Of a DNA stretch of 64,000 nt, positions 53,069 through 61,137 are shown piece after piece. The stretch comes from an uncultured Holophaga sp. Its GTDB lineage: Bacteria > Acidobacteriota > Holophagae > Holophagales > Holophagaceae. Where the stretch lies: contig OY761614.1 in NCBI GenBank assembly GCA_963664825.1, forward strand, positions 1,088,001 to 1,152,000. Reading direction: 5' to 3'. The notes under the pieces were generated by a model. It made no database searches, was not told the DNA's origin, and was given only the letters and a program-made list of their open reading frames with translations. The position numbers and the translations under genes were made by a program. Position 1 is the first letter of the stretch; each line of letters opens with the position of its first letter.

Positions 53069-54307
53069 ATGAGCCACAACGTCAAACCCCAGACTGAGAT
53101 CTTCTCCAAGGGCTACGATCCCCAGCGCTCCGAAGGGGCCGCCGTGCCCCCGGTCTTCCGCACCTCCACCTTCCTGTTCAAGACCGCCGAAGAAGGCAAG
53201 CGGGCCTTCGAGATCGCCTACGGGCTCTCCCCCATGAAGGAGGGCGAAAGCCCGGCCCTCATCTACACCCGGGTAAATAATCCCAATACGGAAATCCTGG
53301 AGGACAAGGCGCGCAGCTGGGACCGCGCCGAGGATGCCGCCCTCTTCGGTTCGGGCATGGGCGCCGTGAGCAGCACCTGCCTTTCCTTCCTGCGCCCGGG
53401 CGACACCCTGCTCTTCGCCGACCCCGTCTACGGCGGCACGGAATTCTTCTTCCGCCACATGCTGCCCATGTTCGGCATCAAGACCCGGCATTTCGCTGCC
53501 GGGGCCACCAAGGCCGAGATGGAGGCCATGGTGAAGGGCGATCCCACCGTCAAGGTCATCTACCTGGAGAGCCCTGCCAACCCGACGATCATGATTTCGG
53601 ATATCGGCTCGGCCCGGGAGCTTGCCGACCAGTACTCCACTCCTGATCGCAAGATCCTCGTGATGGTGGACAACACCTTCATGGGCCCCATCTTCTGCAG
53701 CCCGCTCAAGCACGGCGCCGATCTGGTGATCTATTCGGCCACCAAGTTCTTCGGCGGCCACTCCGACCTCGTGGCGGGCCTCACCATGGGTTCCAAGGCC
53801 CTCATGGGCCAGGTGAAGGTCTTCCGCACCATCCTGGGCTCCATCGCCGATCCCGACACAGCCTGGCTCATTCACCGTTCCCTGGCCACCCTGCAGGTGC
53901 GCATGGAGAAGCAGCAGGAGAATGCCCTCAAGATCGTGGAATTCCTGTGCAAGCACCCCAAGGTCCAGTCCGTGAGCTATCCCGGCCTGCCCGAGATGGG
54001 CGCTCGTCAGGTGGAACTCTGCAAGAAGCAGTGCACGGGCACCGGCAGCCTCATGAGCTTCTTCATCAAGGGCGGCGAGGCCGAGGCCTTCCGGGTACTC
54101 AACGCCATCCAGCACATGAAGCTGGCCGTGAGCCTGGGCGGCGTGGAGAGCCTCATCGAGCACCCCAGCAGCATGACCCACTCCGATATGGCCCCCGACG
54201 AGAAGCTTCACGCCGGCATCACGGAGAACATGATCCGCATCAGCGCAGGCCTGGAGGATGTGGACGACCTCATCGCCGACCTCAAGCAGGCCCTCGACCA
54301 GATCTGA
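53069..54307 (+). CDS. PLP-dependent trans-sulfuration enzyme (methionine gamma-lyase / cystathionine gamma-lyase or synthase family)
   Basis: IYTRVNNP, FGSGMGA, ESPANP, VDNTF, YSATKFFGGHSD (PLP lysine), AVSLGGVESL. Confidence 0.92.
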   Translation: MSHNVKPQTEIFSKGYDPQRSEGAAVPPVFRTSTFLFKTAEEGKRAFEIAYGLSPMKEGESPALIYTRVNNPNTEILEDKARSWDRAEDAALFGSGMGAVSSTCLSFLRPGDTLLFADPVYGGTEFFFRHMLPMFGIKTRHFAAGATKAEMEAMVKGDPTVKVIYLESPANPTIMISDIGSARELADQYSTPDRKILVMVDNTFMGPIFCSPLKHGADLVIYSATKFFGGHSDLVAGLTMGSKALMGQVKVFRTILGSIADPDTAWLIHRSLATLQVRMEKQQENALKIVEFLCKHPKVQSVSYPGLPEMGARQVELCKKQCTGTGSLMSFFIKGGEAEAFRVLNAIQHMKLAVSLGGVESLIEHPSSMTHSDMAPDEKLHAGITENMIRISAGLEDVDDLIADLKQALDQI

Positions 54308-54336
54308 ACCAGCCACGCCTGAAGACGGTCCTCCTC

Positions 54337-54376
54337 AAAGCGACGCCGCGAACCTCCTGGATCGCGGCGTCGTTTT
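54337..54376. terminator. Probable bidirectional intrinsic terminator
   Basis: AAAGCGACGCCGCGA...TCGCGGCGTCGTTTT between convergent genes. Confidence 0.7.
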
Positions 54377-54444
54377 GGGCTGATAGAAACGCGGCCGAGG
54401 CGGCATTCACGTCCCGGCCTGGGCAGAGGGCTAACCATGCACCA

Positions 54445-55701
54445 TCAGGCGCGCTTGAGCTTGTCCTGCATGATCCTCAGGATCTCGGCGTCCACGCCTG
54501 CCATGCCGTGCTGGGCGAGACGGCCCAGGTTGGCCAGGGAGCTTTCGCCATTCTCGCCCACGATGCCATCCGTGACCGGGATCGCGATGCCCGCCATGGC
54601 CAGGTTCGCGGAGCGGAAGGCGGCGTCCACCCCCGTCATGGTCTTCATGGCGCAGCCGATCTTGGCGCCATCGCAGATCATGCCCGCCACATTGCCCACC
54701 ATATTGGAAACGGCCATCCCCACCTGCTGGGCACTGCCGCCCTCCAGCATCACGAGAGCCGATGCGATGCCGATGCCCGCAGCATTGGCCGCGCCGCAGA
54801 CAGCCGACAGGGTTCCGAGCTGCCAGGTGGTGGCCGAGGTCATGAGGCAGGCGAAGGCCAAGGCTTCTTCGATCTCCCCTTCGGTGTGGCCGGACTCCCG
54901 CCCCCAGAGGCTCAAGGGCACAGCCACCGTGATGCCCTTGTTGCCCGAGCCAGCCAATGTCATCACCGGAAGGGATTCCCCGGACATGCGGGCAAAGACC
55001 CCCGCGCTCACCAGATGGGCGAGACGGGTCCGGGAATCCTGGCCCGCGGGCACGAAGCCCGGAGGCAGCAGCGAGAGGCCATGGCGGGCGATGGCCAGAT
55101 TGAGGGCCACTCCCTCCTGGAGGCGTTCCCGGTCCTCCGGATTCACCGTGCGCGCCAGATCCATGAGTGCCTGGATGGAAAGGGCCGCCACCCCTTCCCG
55201 GGGCGAGGCCTCCTCGGCGGATTTCGGCGAGGATTCGGCCCCTCCCACCAGCTGGCCATCCATCTCCAGGCGGGCCAGGTGCGTGTGCTCCCGCTCCAGC
55301 ACGGCCCGGCCCACGCCGCGCTCCCGCACGACGGTCACGTCCACCAGAAGGTGGCTCTGGAGGGCATCCACCTCTACATGGACGCCGCGATGGGCCAGCA
55401 GGGCTCCGGCGGCCTCGATTTCGGGGGCGTCCGTCCCCTCGAAACTGCGCAAGCCCAGGGAGCCATCCGGCAGATGGGCCCCGAGAGCCAGGGCCCAGAG
55501 GATGCCCGTGGCTCGATCCGAATTGGGAAGACCCACGGCGTAGCAGTTCTTGTAGGTGCGGGGGTCGCAGACCAGGCGCACCTGGCGCACCTGCCCGCCC
55601 CCCTGCTCCGCGGCCAGAGAAGCGGCCCAGGCCACGGCGGCGGGTTCCGTGCAACCCAGGGCCTGTTTCCATTCGGCAGCGAGAAAATCGGTCATGCGCA
55701 T
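54445..55701 (-). CDS. L-cysteine desulfidase (CyuA/YhaM/CdsB, serine dehydratase alpha-like family)
   Basis: ALGCTEP, ARMSG..LPVMTLAGSGNKG, LSAVCG, GMICDGAKIGCAMK, DGIVG. Confidence 0.9.
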   Translation of the reverse strand: MRMTDFLAAEWKQALGCTEPAAVAWAASLAAEQGGGQVRQVRLVCDPRTYKNCYAVGLPNSDRATGILWALALGAHLPDGSLGLRSFEGTDAPEIEAAGALLAHRGVHVEVDALQSHLLVDVTVVRERGVGRAVLEREHTHLARLEMDGQLVGGAESSPKSAEEASPREGVAALSIQALMDLARTVNPEDRERLQEGVALNLAIARHGLSLLPPGFVPAGQDSRTRLAHLVSAGVFARMSGESLPVMTLAGSGNKGITVAVPLSLWGRESGHTEGEIEEALAFACLMTSATTWQLGTLSAVCGAANAAGIGIASALVMLEGGSAQQVGMAVSNMVGNVAGMICDGAKIGCAMKTMTGVDAAFRSANLAMAGIAIPVTDGIVGENGESSLANLGRLAQHGMAGVDAEILRIMQDKLKRA

Positions 55702-55796
55702 GGTGTCGTCTCCCAAAGAGGGGCCCCAGGGACAGGAAACCTCCGGCCTCTGAGATTATTCAAGTATGCAGCATATTTAACAGACAGCCATGAATA

Positions 55797-55810
55797 TGTG
55801 CATATGCTCA
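55797..55810. promoter_or_regulatory. Palindromic operator, copy 1 (TGTGCATATGCTCA)
   Basis: Its reverse complement TGAGCATATGCACA matches copy 2 at 13 of 14 positions. Confidence 0.65.
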
Positions 55811-55901
55811 CAGTTGCCCCGGAGATCCCCCCCTTCCACACTTCCCTGGGGGAAGGATGGCTCTGCACTCCTCCCCTCAAGAGATTCTGGACCCAGGGGG
55901 A

Positions 55902-55933
55902 TTGACAGATACTGAGCATATGCGCAGTATCTG
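55902..55933 (+). promoter_or_regulatory. TTGACA -35 box overlapped by a 28-bp palindrome (operator copy 2)
   Basis: CAGATACTGAGCATATGCGCAGTATCTG (55906-55933) has one mismatched pair and ends 14 bp before the ATG. Confidence 0.7.
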
Positions 55934-55947
55934 CTCAGAGGCATCTC

Positions 55948-56316
55948 ATGACCGTTGCGCCCATCCTCCGGATCGCCATCACCAGTGAAGGCCCCACCCT
56001 TGCGGATCCGGTGGATTCCCGGTTCGGTCGCGCGGGCGGTTTCGTGGTCGTGGACCTGGAATCCATGGCCACGACCTACGTGGACAACGGGTCCTCCCAG
56101 GTGCTGGCCCAGGGCGCCGGCATCCAGGCCGCCGAGAATCTCGTGAAGGCGGGTGCCCAGGCCCTGCTCACCGGCCATGTGGGTCCCAAGGCCTGGGTGG
56201 CCCTCCAGGCCGCCGGGGTGAAGGTGGTCCAGGGCGTCGAGGCCATGACCGTGGGCGAGGCCGTGGCGAAATTCAAGGCCGGGGAGTTCGCCTTTTCCGA
56301 TGCTCCCAGCCGGTAG
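55948..56316 (+). CDS. NifB/NifX-family protein, Orange protein (ORP)-like
   Basis: RIAITSEG, VDSRFGRAGGFVVVD, YVDNGSSQ..GAGIQAA, LLTGHVGPKA; closely resembles the Desulfovibrio ORP sequence as recalled. Confidence 0.9.
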   Translation: MTVAPILRIAITSEGPTLADPVDSRFGRAGGFVVVDLESMATTYVDNGSSQVLAQGAGIQAAENLVKAGAQALLTGHVGPKAWVALQAAGVKVVQGVEAMTVGEAVAKFKAGEFAFSDAPSR

Positions 56317-56324
56317 GAGCCGCC

Positions 56325-57194
56325 ATGATCATTGCGGTCGCCAGCGGTAAGGGAGGAACGGGCAAGACCACCGTCTCGGCTTCCCTGGTTTCAGTCTGGA
56401 AGCGCCCGGTGATGGCCGTGGATATGGATGTGGAGGAGCCGAACCTGCATCTCTTCCTGAAGCCGGAATCCGTGAGTAGCGAAGCTGCCTACCTGGAAGT
56501 GCCCGTGCTTGAGAAGGCCCTCTGCAAGCTTTGCGGGGCCTGCGCGGAACTCTGCCAGTTCAAGGCCCTCAGCCTCATGGGATCGCACCTCCTCGTCTTC
56601 CCGGACATGTGCCACGGCTGCGGCGGGTGCATGCGCATCTGCCCCGAGGGCGCCCTCCAGAAGGGGCAGCGGGAGCTGGGTAGAGTGGAGACGGGCATGA
56701 CGCCTGGGGGGATCCCCTGCCTGACGGGTCGCCTGCGCATCGGGGAAGCAATGAGTCCCCCCCTCATGGGCAAGCTCGGCCAGCGCATGCACGCCCTGGC
56801 CGAGAAGGAGGCCAGGGATATCATCGTCGACGCCCCTCCGGGCGTGAGCTGCCCGGCCATGACATCCGTGCAGGATGCCGATGTGGTCCTGCTGGTCACG
56901 GAGCCCACGCCCTTCGGCCTCCATGATCTCCGCCTGGCCTGGCAGGCCTTCCGGCCCCTGGGCAGGCCCATGGGCGTCGTCATCAACCGCGCGGGCCTGG
57001 GCGATGAGCGGGTCCAGGCCTTCTGCCGGGAGAAGGACCTTCCCCTGCTGGCGGAGATCCCCTTCCGCCGGGATATCGCCGAACACTATGCCAAGGGCGG
57101 CCTCCTGGCCCAACTCGATCCGGGCCTGCAGACCACCTTCGAGGATCTGGCGGAGCGCCTAGAACGCATGGGCGCGGAGGTGAGCCATGCGTGA
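56325..57194 (+). CDS. MinD-superfamily P-loop ATPase with an inserted 2x[4Fe-4S] ferredoxin domain
   Basis: SGKGGTGKTT, DMDVEEPN, CKLCGACAELC, CHGCGGCMRICP, DAPPGVSCP, VTEPTPFGLHDL. Confidence 0.92.
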   Translation: MIIAVASGKGGTGKTTVSASLVSVWKRPVMAVDMDVEEPNLHLFLKPESVSSEAAYLEVPVLEKALCKLCGACAELCQFKALSLMGSHLLVFPDMCHGCGGCMRICPEGALQKGQRELGRVETGMTPGGIPCLTGRLRIGEAMSPPLMGKLGQRMHALAEKEARDIIVDAPPGVSCPAMTSVQDADVVLLVTEPTPFGLHDLRLAWQAFRPLGRPMGVVINRAGLGDERVQAFCREKDLPLLAEIPFRRDIAEHYAKGGLLAQLDPGLQTTFEDLAERLERMGAEVSHA

Positions 57195-58089
57195 ACTGGT
57201 CGTCATCAGCGGCAAGGGCGGCACGGGCAAGACCTCCCTGACGGCCGCCTTTGCCCATCTGGCCGAGAGGATTGTCCTGTGTGACCTGGACGTGGACGCG
57301 CCGGATCTCCACCTGATCGCCGAACCCAAAGTCCAGCGGAGCGGCCCCTTCCTGTCGGGCCATGGGGCGGAGATCGATCCCGCAACCTGCACGGGATGCG
57401 GCACCTGCATGGACGTCTGCGCCTTTGGTGCCATCCACAGGGAAGGGGCACGCTTCGTCGTGGACACCGCCCACTGCGAGGGCTGCAAGGTTTGCGTGGC
57501 CTTCTGTCCCAAGAAGGCCATCGCTTTCCCGGAGCGCCTCTGCGGCACCTGGTACGAAAGCGAGACCCGCTTCGGCCCCATGGTCCACGCCCTTCTCGAC
57601 CCTGGCCAGGAGAACTCGGGCAAGCTCGTCACCCTCCTCAAGGCCAAGGCCCGGGAACGGGCATCGGAACTGGGCCTGGAGCTGATCCTCAGCGATGGCG
57701 CGCCGGGTATCGGATGTCCCGTCATCAGTTCACTGTCTCAGGCGAGCCTGGTGCTGCTCGTCACCGAGCCCACCCCCTCGGGCCTCCACGACCTGGAGCG
57801 GGTGGCCGAACTCTGCCGCAGCTTCCGCATCCCCAGCGCCGCGCTCATCAACAAGGCCGACCTGAGTCCGGAATACCAGGAAGCCATCCACGCCTTCTGC
57901 CAGACGCGGAAGATCCCCGTGGTGGGCCATCTGCCCCACGACCCGGCCGTCACCGAGGCCATGGTCCGAGGTCAGGCCGTCACAGAAGGCATGGAAACGC
58001 CCTTCGGAGTGCAGGTCCGCCGGATCTGGTCGGAACTGCAGTCCCTTCTCGCAGCACCTTCACCTTCCTTCAAGGAGTCCCGAACATGA
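57187..58089 (+). CDS. MinD-superfamily P-loop ATPase with an inserted ferredoxin domain (partner paralog)
   Basis: SGKGGTGKTS, DLDVDAPD, CTGCGTCMDVC, CEGCKVCVAFCP, ENSGKLV, DGAPGIGCPVI. Confidence 0.92.
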   Translation: MRELVVISGKGGTGKTSLTAAFAHLAERIVLCDLDVDAPDLHLIAEPKVQRSGPFLSGHGAEIDPATCTGCGTCMDVCAFGAIHREGARFVVDTAHCEGCKVCVAFCPKKAIAFPERLCGTWYESETRFGPMVHALLDPGQENSGKLVTLLKAKARERASELGLELILSDGAPGIGCPVISSLSQASLVLLVTEPTPSGLHDLERVAELCRSFRIPSAALINKADLSPEYQEAIHAFCQTRKIPVVGHLPHDPAVTEAMVRGQAVTEGMETPFGVQVRRIWSELQSLLAAPSPSFKESRT

Positions 58090-58466
58090 ACGATTCCCGC
58101 ATCGCCATCCCTTCCACCCTGCCCGGCGGCCTCGAGGCCGGGGTCGGGGCCCACTTCGGCCACTGCGACATCTACACCATCGTGGACGTGAAGGCAGGTC
58201 TAATCGCCGAGGTGAGCACCCTGCCGAACGTTCCCCACCAGCAGGGGGGCTGCCTCGCGCCCGTCAATCACCTGGCCCAGCATGGCGTGACGGTGCTCAT
58301 CGCCGGTGGCATGGGGCTGCGCCCCCTGATGGGCTTCAACCAGGCCGGCATCGAGGTCTTCCGCGGCACCGAGGCCCCCAGTGTGGGCGTCGCGGTGGAG
58401 GCCTTCCTAAAGGGCGACCTGGCCCGCTTCAGCCGCGAATTCACCTGCGGCGGCGGCCAGCACTGA
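58086..58466 (+). CDS. Second NifB/NifX-family protein
   Basis: ATG overlaps the upstream stop; RIAIPS, AHFGHCD, HQQGGC, LIAGGMG, terminal CGGGQH. Confidence 0.88.
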   Translation: MNDSRIAIPSTLPGGLEAGVGAHFGHCDIYTIVDVKAGLIAEVSTLPNVPHQQGGCLAPVNHLAQHGVTVLIAGGMGLRPLMGFNQAGIEVFRGTEAPSVGVAVEAFLKGDLARFSREFTCGGGQH

Positions 58467-58476
58467 GGGCATACCG

Positions 58477-59370
58477 ATGACACAACCGAAGGGGAATGTC
58501 GGCCTGCGTGTGGCAATGGCCTCCTCCCGTCCTGAACGCATGGCCACCTTTGCTGCTGAACTCGAGCTCCGCGGTTTCCAGATAGAGAATTTCCGGGATG
58601 CCTGGAGCCTGCTCGAGGCGGCCCGCCGCAGGACCTGGAACCTCGTGCTGCTGGATGGCCAGACGCTGCCCGTGCGCGAAAACCTCGAACACCTGATGGA
58701 GATCAATGCCTGCCAGCAGGTGGCCGTCCTCACGGACCAGGAAGCCCATGCCTTTCACGAAGCCACGGAGGGTCTCGGCGTGCTCGCACCACTCCCGGTC
58801 AATCCGACTCCCGAGGATGTGGAGCCTCTCCTCGAGCGTCTCCGGGCCGTGGGGGGACTGGATCCGAAGGTGGAGGCCGCCCAAGCCCATCTGGAGGCCA
58901 TGAGCCGGAAGCTCCATCCCAACTGCGTGGTCTGCTGGGATCGCCATCCCTTCGGCCTGAAGGTGGACTACCGCGTGACCGGGGAGCACAGCGTCGAAGG
59001 CACGTTCGGCTGCGGGAAATTCTACGAGGGCTATTCCAATGTGCTGCACGGTGGCATCGTCTCCAGCCTCCTGGATGGCGCCATGGCGAGTTGCATCCTG
59101 GCCAAGGGCCTGGAGGCCTACACCGTGGAATTGAAGATCCGCTACCGGGCGGCGGTGGAAACGGGCGTCCCGGCCACCATCTGCGGCCAGTGGCTCCGGA
59201 GCGCGGGTCCGGTCCATCTCCTGCACGCCACCATCGAACAGAAGGGCAAGGTCTGCGCCAGCGCCCGGGCCAAATTCTTCGAAGGCACGCCCAATGAGCC
59301 CAGCCAAGCCATGCCCGGGGGCGCTGAAGTCCGACGCCTGCTGAGTCAGGCCCGCAAGCGCCTCGTCTGA
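58477..59370 (+). CDS. Atypical receiver-like domain fused to a PaaI/hotdog thioesterase
   Basis: N-terminal alpha/beta domain (LVLLDG, FHEATEGLGVL); C-terminal HPNCVVC, EGYSNVLHGGIVSSLLDGAM. Confidence 0.75.
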   Translation: MTQPKGNVGLRVAMASSRPERMATFAAELELRGFQIENFRDAWSLLEAARRRTWNLVLLDGQTLPVRENLEHLMEINACQQVAVLTDQEAHAFHEATEGLGVLAPLPVNPTPEDVEPLLERLRAVGGLDPKVEAAQAHLEAMSRKLHPNCVVCWDRHPFGLKVDYRVTGEHSVEGTFGCGKFYEGYSNVLHGGIVSSLLDGAMASCILAKGLEAYTVELKIRYRAAVETGVPATICGQWLRSAGPVHLLHATIEQKGKVCASARAKFFEGTPNEPSQAMPGGAEVRRLLSQARKRLV

Positions 59371-59438
59371 GCCCCCTGCCCCTTGATTCAAGGCGCTGCG
59401 ACCCTTTGGCGCCATCCCATCCTTCCAGGAGACCGTCC

Positions 59439-60686
59439 ATGAACCGGCTTGAAGCCATTGCTAACCGCACCATCCCCACCAACTTCGGTCCCCTCCGGGG
59501 CTTCGACGCCCACGCGCGAATCGAAGGTGGGGGCGGGGACACCATGGAGGTCTGGCTCCGCATGAAGGGCGCAAGGATCCTTCAAGCCTCCTTCATCAGC
59601 GATGGAGGCGAAACCGCTATCGCCAGCGGCAGCATGGCGGCTCACCTGAGCGAAGGGAAAAGCCTGGGGGAAATGCGCGCCGTCCGGCCCATCGATGTGC
59701 TGGAAGCCCTCGGACAACCGAACAGCACGGAGGCCCATCCCTGCGCCGATCTGGCCCTCAGCACGCTCGCCAAGGCCCTGGGGGAATACGAGAAGGCCCT
59801 GAAGGCCAAGGATGAACATGGCTGCGGGGATGGCGGGTGCAGCGAGGCTTGCTGCGAGGGCTGCGCTTCGGAATGCGGCGATCGGAAGGCGCCCCAGGGA
59901 ATGGCCGGTGAGCCCGGCGTAGGGAACGTCCAGCGCCGCATCCTGGTGATGTCAGGCAAAGGCGGTGTAGGGAAAAGCACGGTGGCTGTAAACCTCGCCA
60001 TGGGCTTTGCCGCCGAAGGCCTGAATACGGGCCTATTGGATGCGGACCTCCACGGCCCCAGCGTGCCCAAACTGCTCGGGCTGGAGCGGGAAACCCTCCA
60101 CACCGAAGACCAGGCGCTGCTGCCGGTGGAGCTGGGGCCCCTCAAGGTAATGTCCATGGGCTTCGCCCTGGAACCCGACCAGGCGGCCATCTGGCGCGGC
60201 CCCATGAAGGCCAGCGTCATCGACCAGTTCGTGAACCGGGTGAAATGGGATGCCCTGGATATGATGGTGGTGGATTGCCCCCCCGGCACCGGGGACGAGC
60301 ATCTCTCCGTCCATCAGGCCCTGGGCGGGGTGGAGGGCGCCGTGATCGTCACCACCCCCCAGGAGGTGGCCACCCTGGATGCCCGCAAGGCCATCACCTT
60401 CTGTCGCACTTCCCATATTCCGGTGCTCGGCATCGTGGAGAACATGAGCGGCTTCCAATGCCCCTCCTGCGGCACCTGCACCCCCATATTCCAATCGGGA
60501 GGCGGGAAGCGCCTGGCCACAGAACTGGGGCTGCCCTTCCTGGGAACCCTGCCCCTGGATCCCTCAGTGGGAGCAGGAGGCGAAACCGGACGCCCCAGGC
60601 TCTTCGCGGGGGGAGACGACGCCGCCGCCCGGGCCTTCCAACCGATCCTCCAGGCCCTGCTGGAAAGACCCAAGGCCAGCGCCTGA
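59439..60686 (+). CDS. IscU/NifU-N-like domain fused to an Mrp/NBP35 (ApbC) Fe-S carrier ATPase
   Basis: GDTMEVWL..ASFISDG and a Cys-rich linker; SGKGGVGKS, DADLHGPS, WRGPMK, DCPPGTGDE, ENMSGFQCPSC. Confidence 0.9.
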   Translation: MNRLEAIANRTIPTNFGPLRGFDAHARIEGGGGDTMEVWLRMKGARILQASFISDGGETAIASGSMAAHLSEGKSLGEMRAVRPIDVLEALGQPNSTEAHPCADLALSTLAKALGEYEKALKAKDEHGCGDGGCSEACCEGCASECGDRKAPQGMAGEPGVGNVQRRILVMSGKGGVGKSTVAVNLAMGFAAEGLNTGLLDADLHGPSVPKLLGLERETLHTEDQALLPVELGPLKVMSMGFALEPDQAAIWRGPMKASVIDQFVNRVKWDALDMMVVDCPPGTGDEHLSVHQALGGVEGAVIVTTPQEVATLDARKAITFCRTSHIPVLGIVENMSGFQCPSCGTCTPIFQSGGGKRLATELGLPFLGTLPLDPSVGAGGETGRPRLFAGGDDAAARAFQPILQALLERPKASA

Positions 60687-60964
60687 TGGGCCTGAATCTC
60701 CAACCCCTAGGCCTCATCCGCACGCCCCACAAGGAGCTCGATCAGACCCCCATCCAGCCCTGTTTCGCCGAAGGGATCCGCGGAGAGATCCACCTGGATC
60801 CAGCCTTCGCGGAAGGGCTGGAGGGGCTGGATGGCACCCCGCTGCTGGATATCAAGCCCTACTACCCCAAGGCGGATCGTCCCGATGCCGCCTGGGGTGG
60901 CTGGACGGAGCACCTGGATCCGGAGGAGGCCCGCAGGATCGGCAGCCGCAAGGCGAGCGACTGA
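60686..60964 (+). pseudogene. tsaA: TsaA/TrmO (YaeB)-like tRNA methyltransferase with a large in-frame internal deletion
   Basis: The N-terminus (PLGLIRTP..TPIQP..FAEGLEGL) joins directly to the C-terminal DGTPLLDIKPY. The central GVFATRSPxRPNPIG region is absent; 92 aa. Confidence 0.75.
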
Positions 60965-61137
60965 CCCATACCCAGCCGCCTCCTTCATCCAGGGAGCTTA
61001 TGGTGGCTTGGGAGCCCCTGCATCCAGGCGAGTCGCTAGAATTCAAGAGCGTCATCGCCCCAGCGGGGGGACCAGCCTCCAACCTCGATCCCTGCGGGAG
61101 GACGACTTCATGAAGAACTCCCGGAAAGGTGTCTCCC

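Noticed and set aside
55948..58466. Nitrogen fixation cluster, suggested by the NifX-like genes
   Set aside because: There is no nifH, nifD, nifK, nifE, nifN or radical-SAM nifB; the context matches ORP-type clusters.
60965..61137. Canonical TPP riboswitch as a feature
   Set aside because: The core CUGAGA and the P5 loop are absent; kept only as a low-interest finding.
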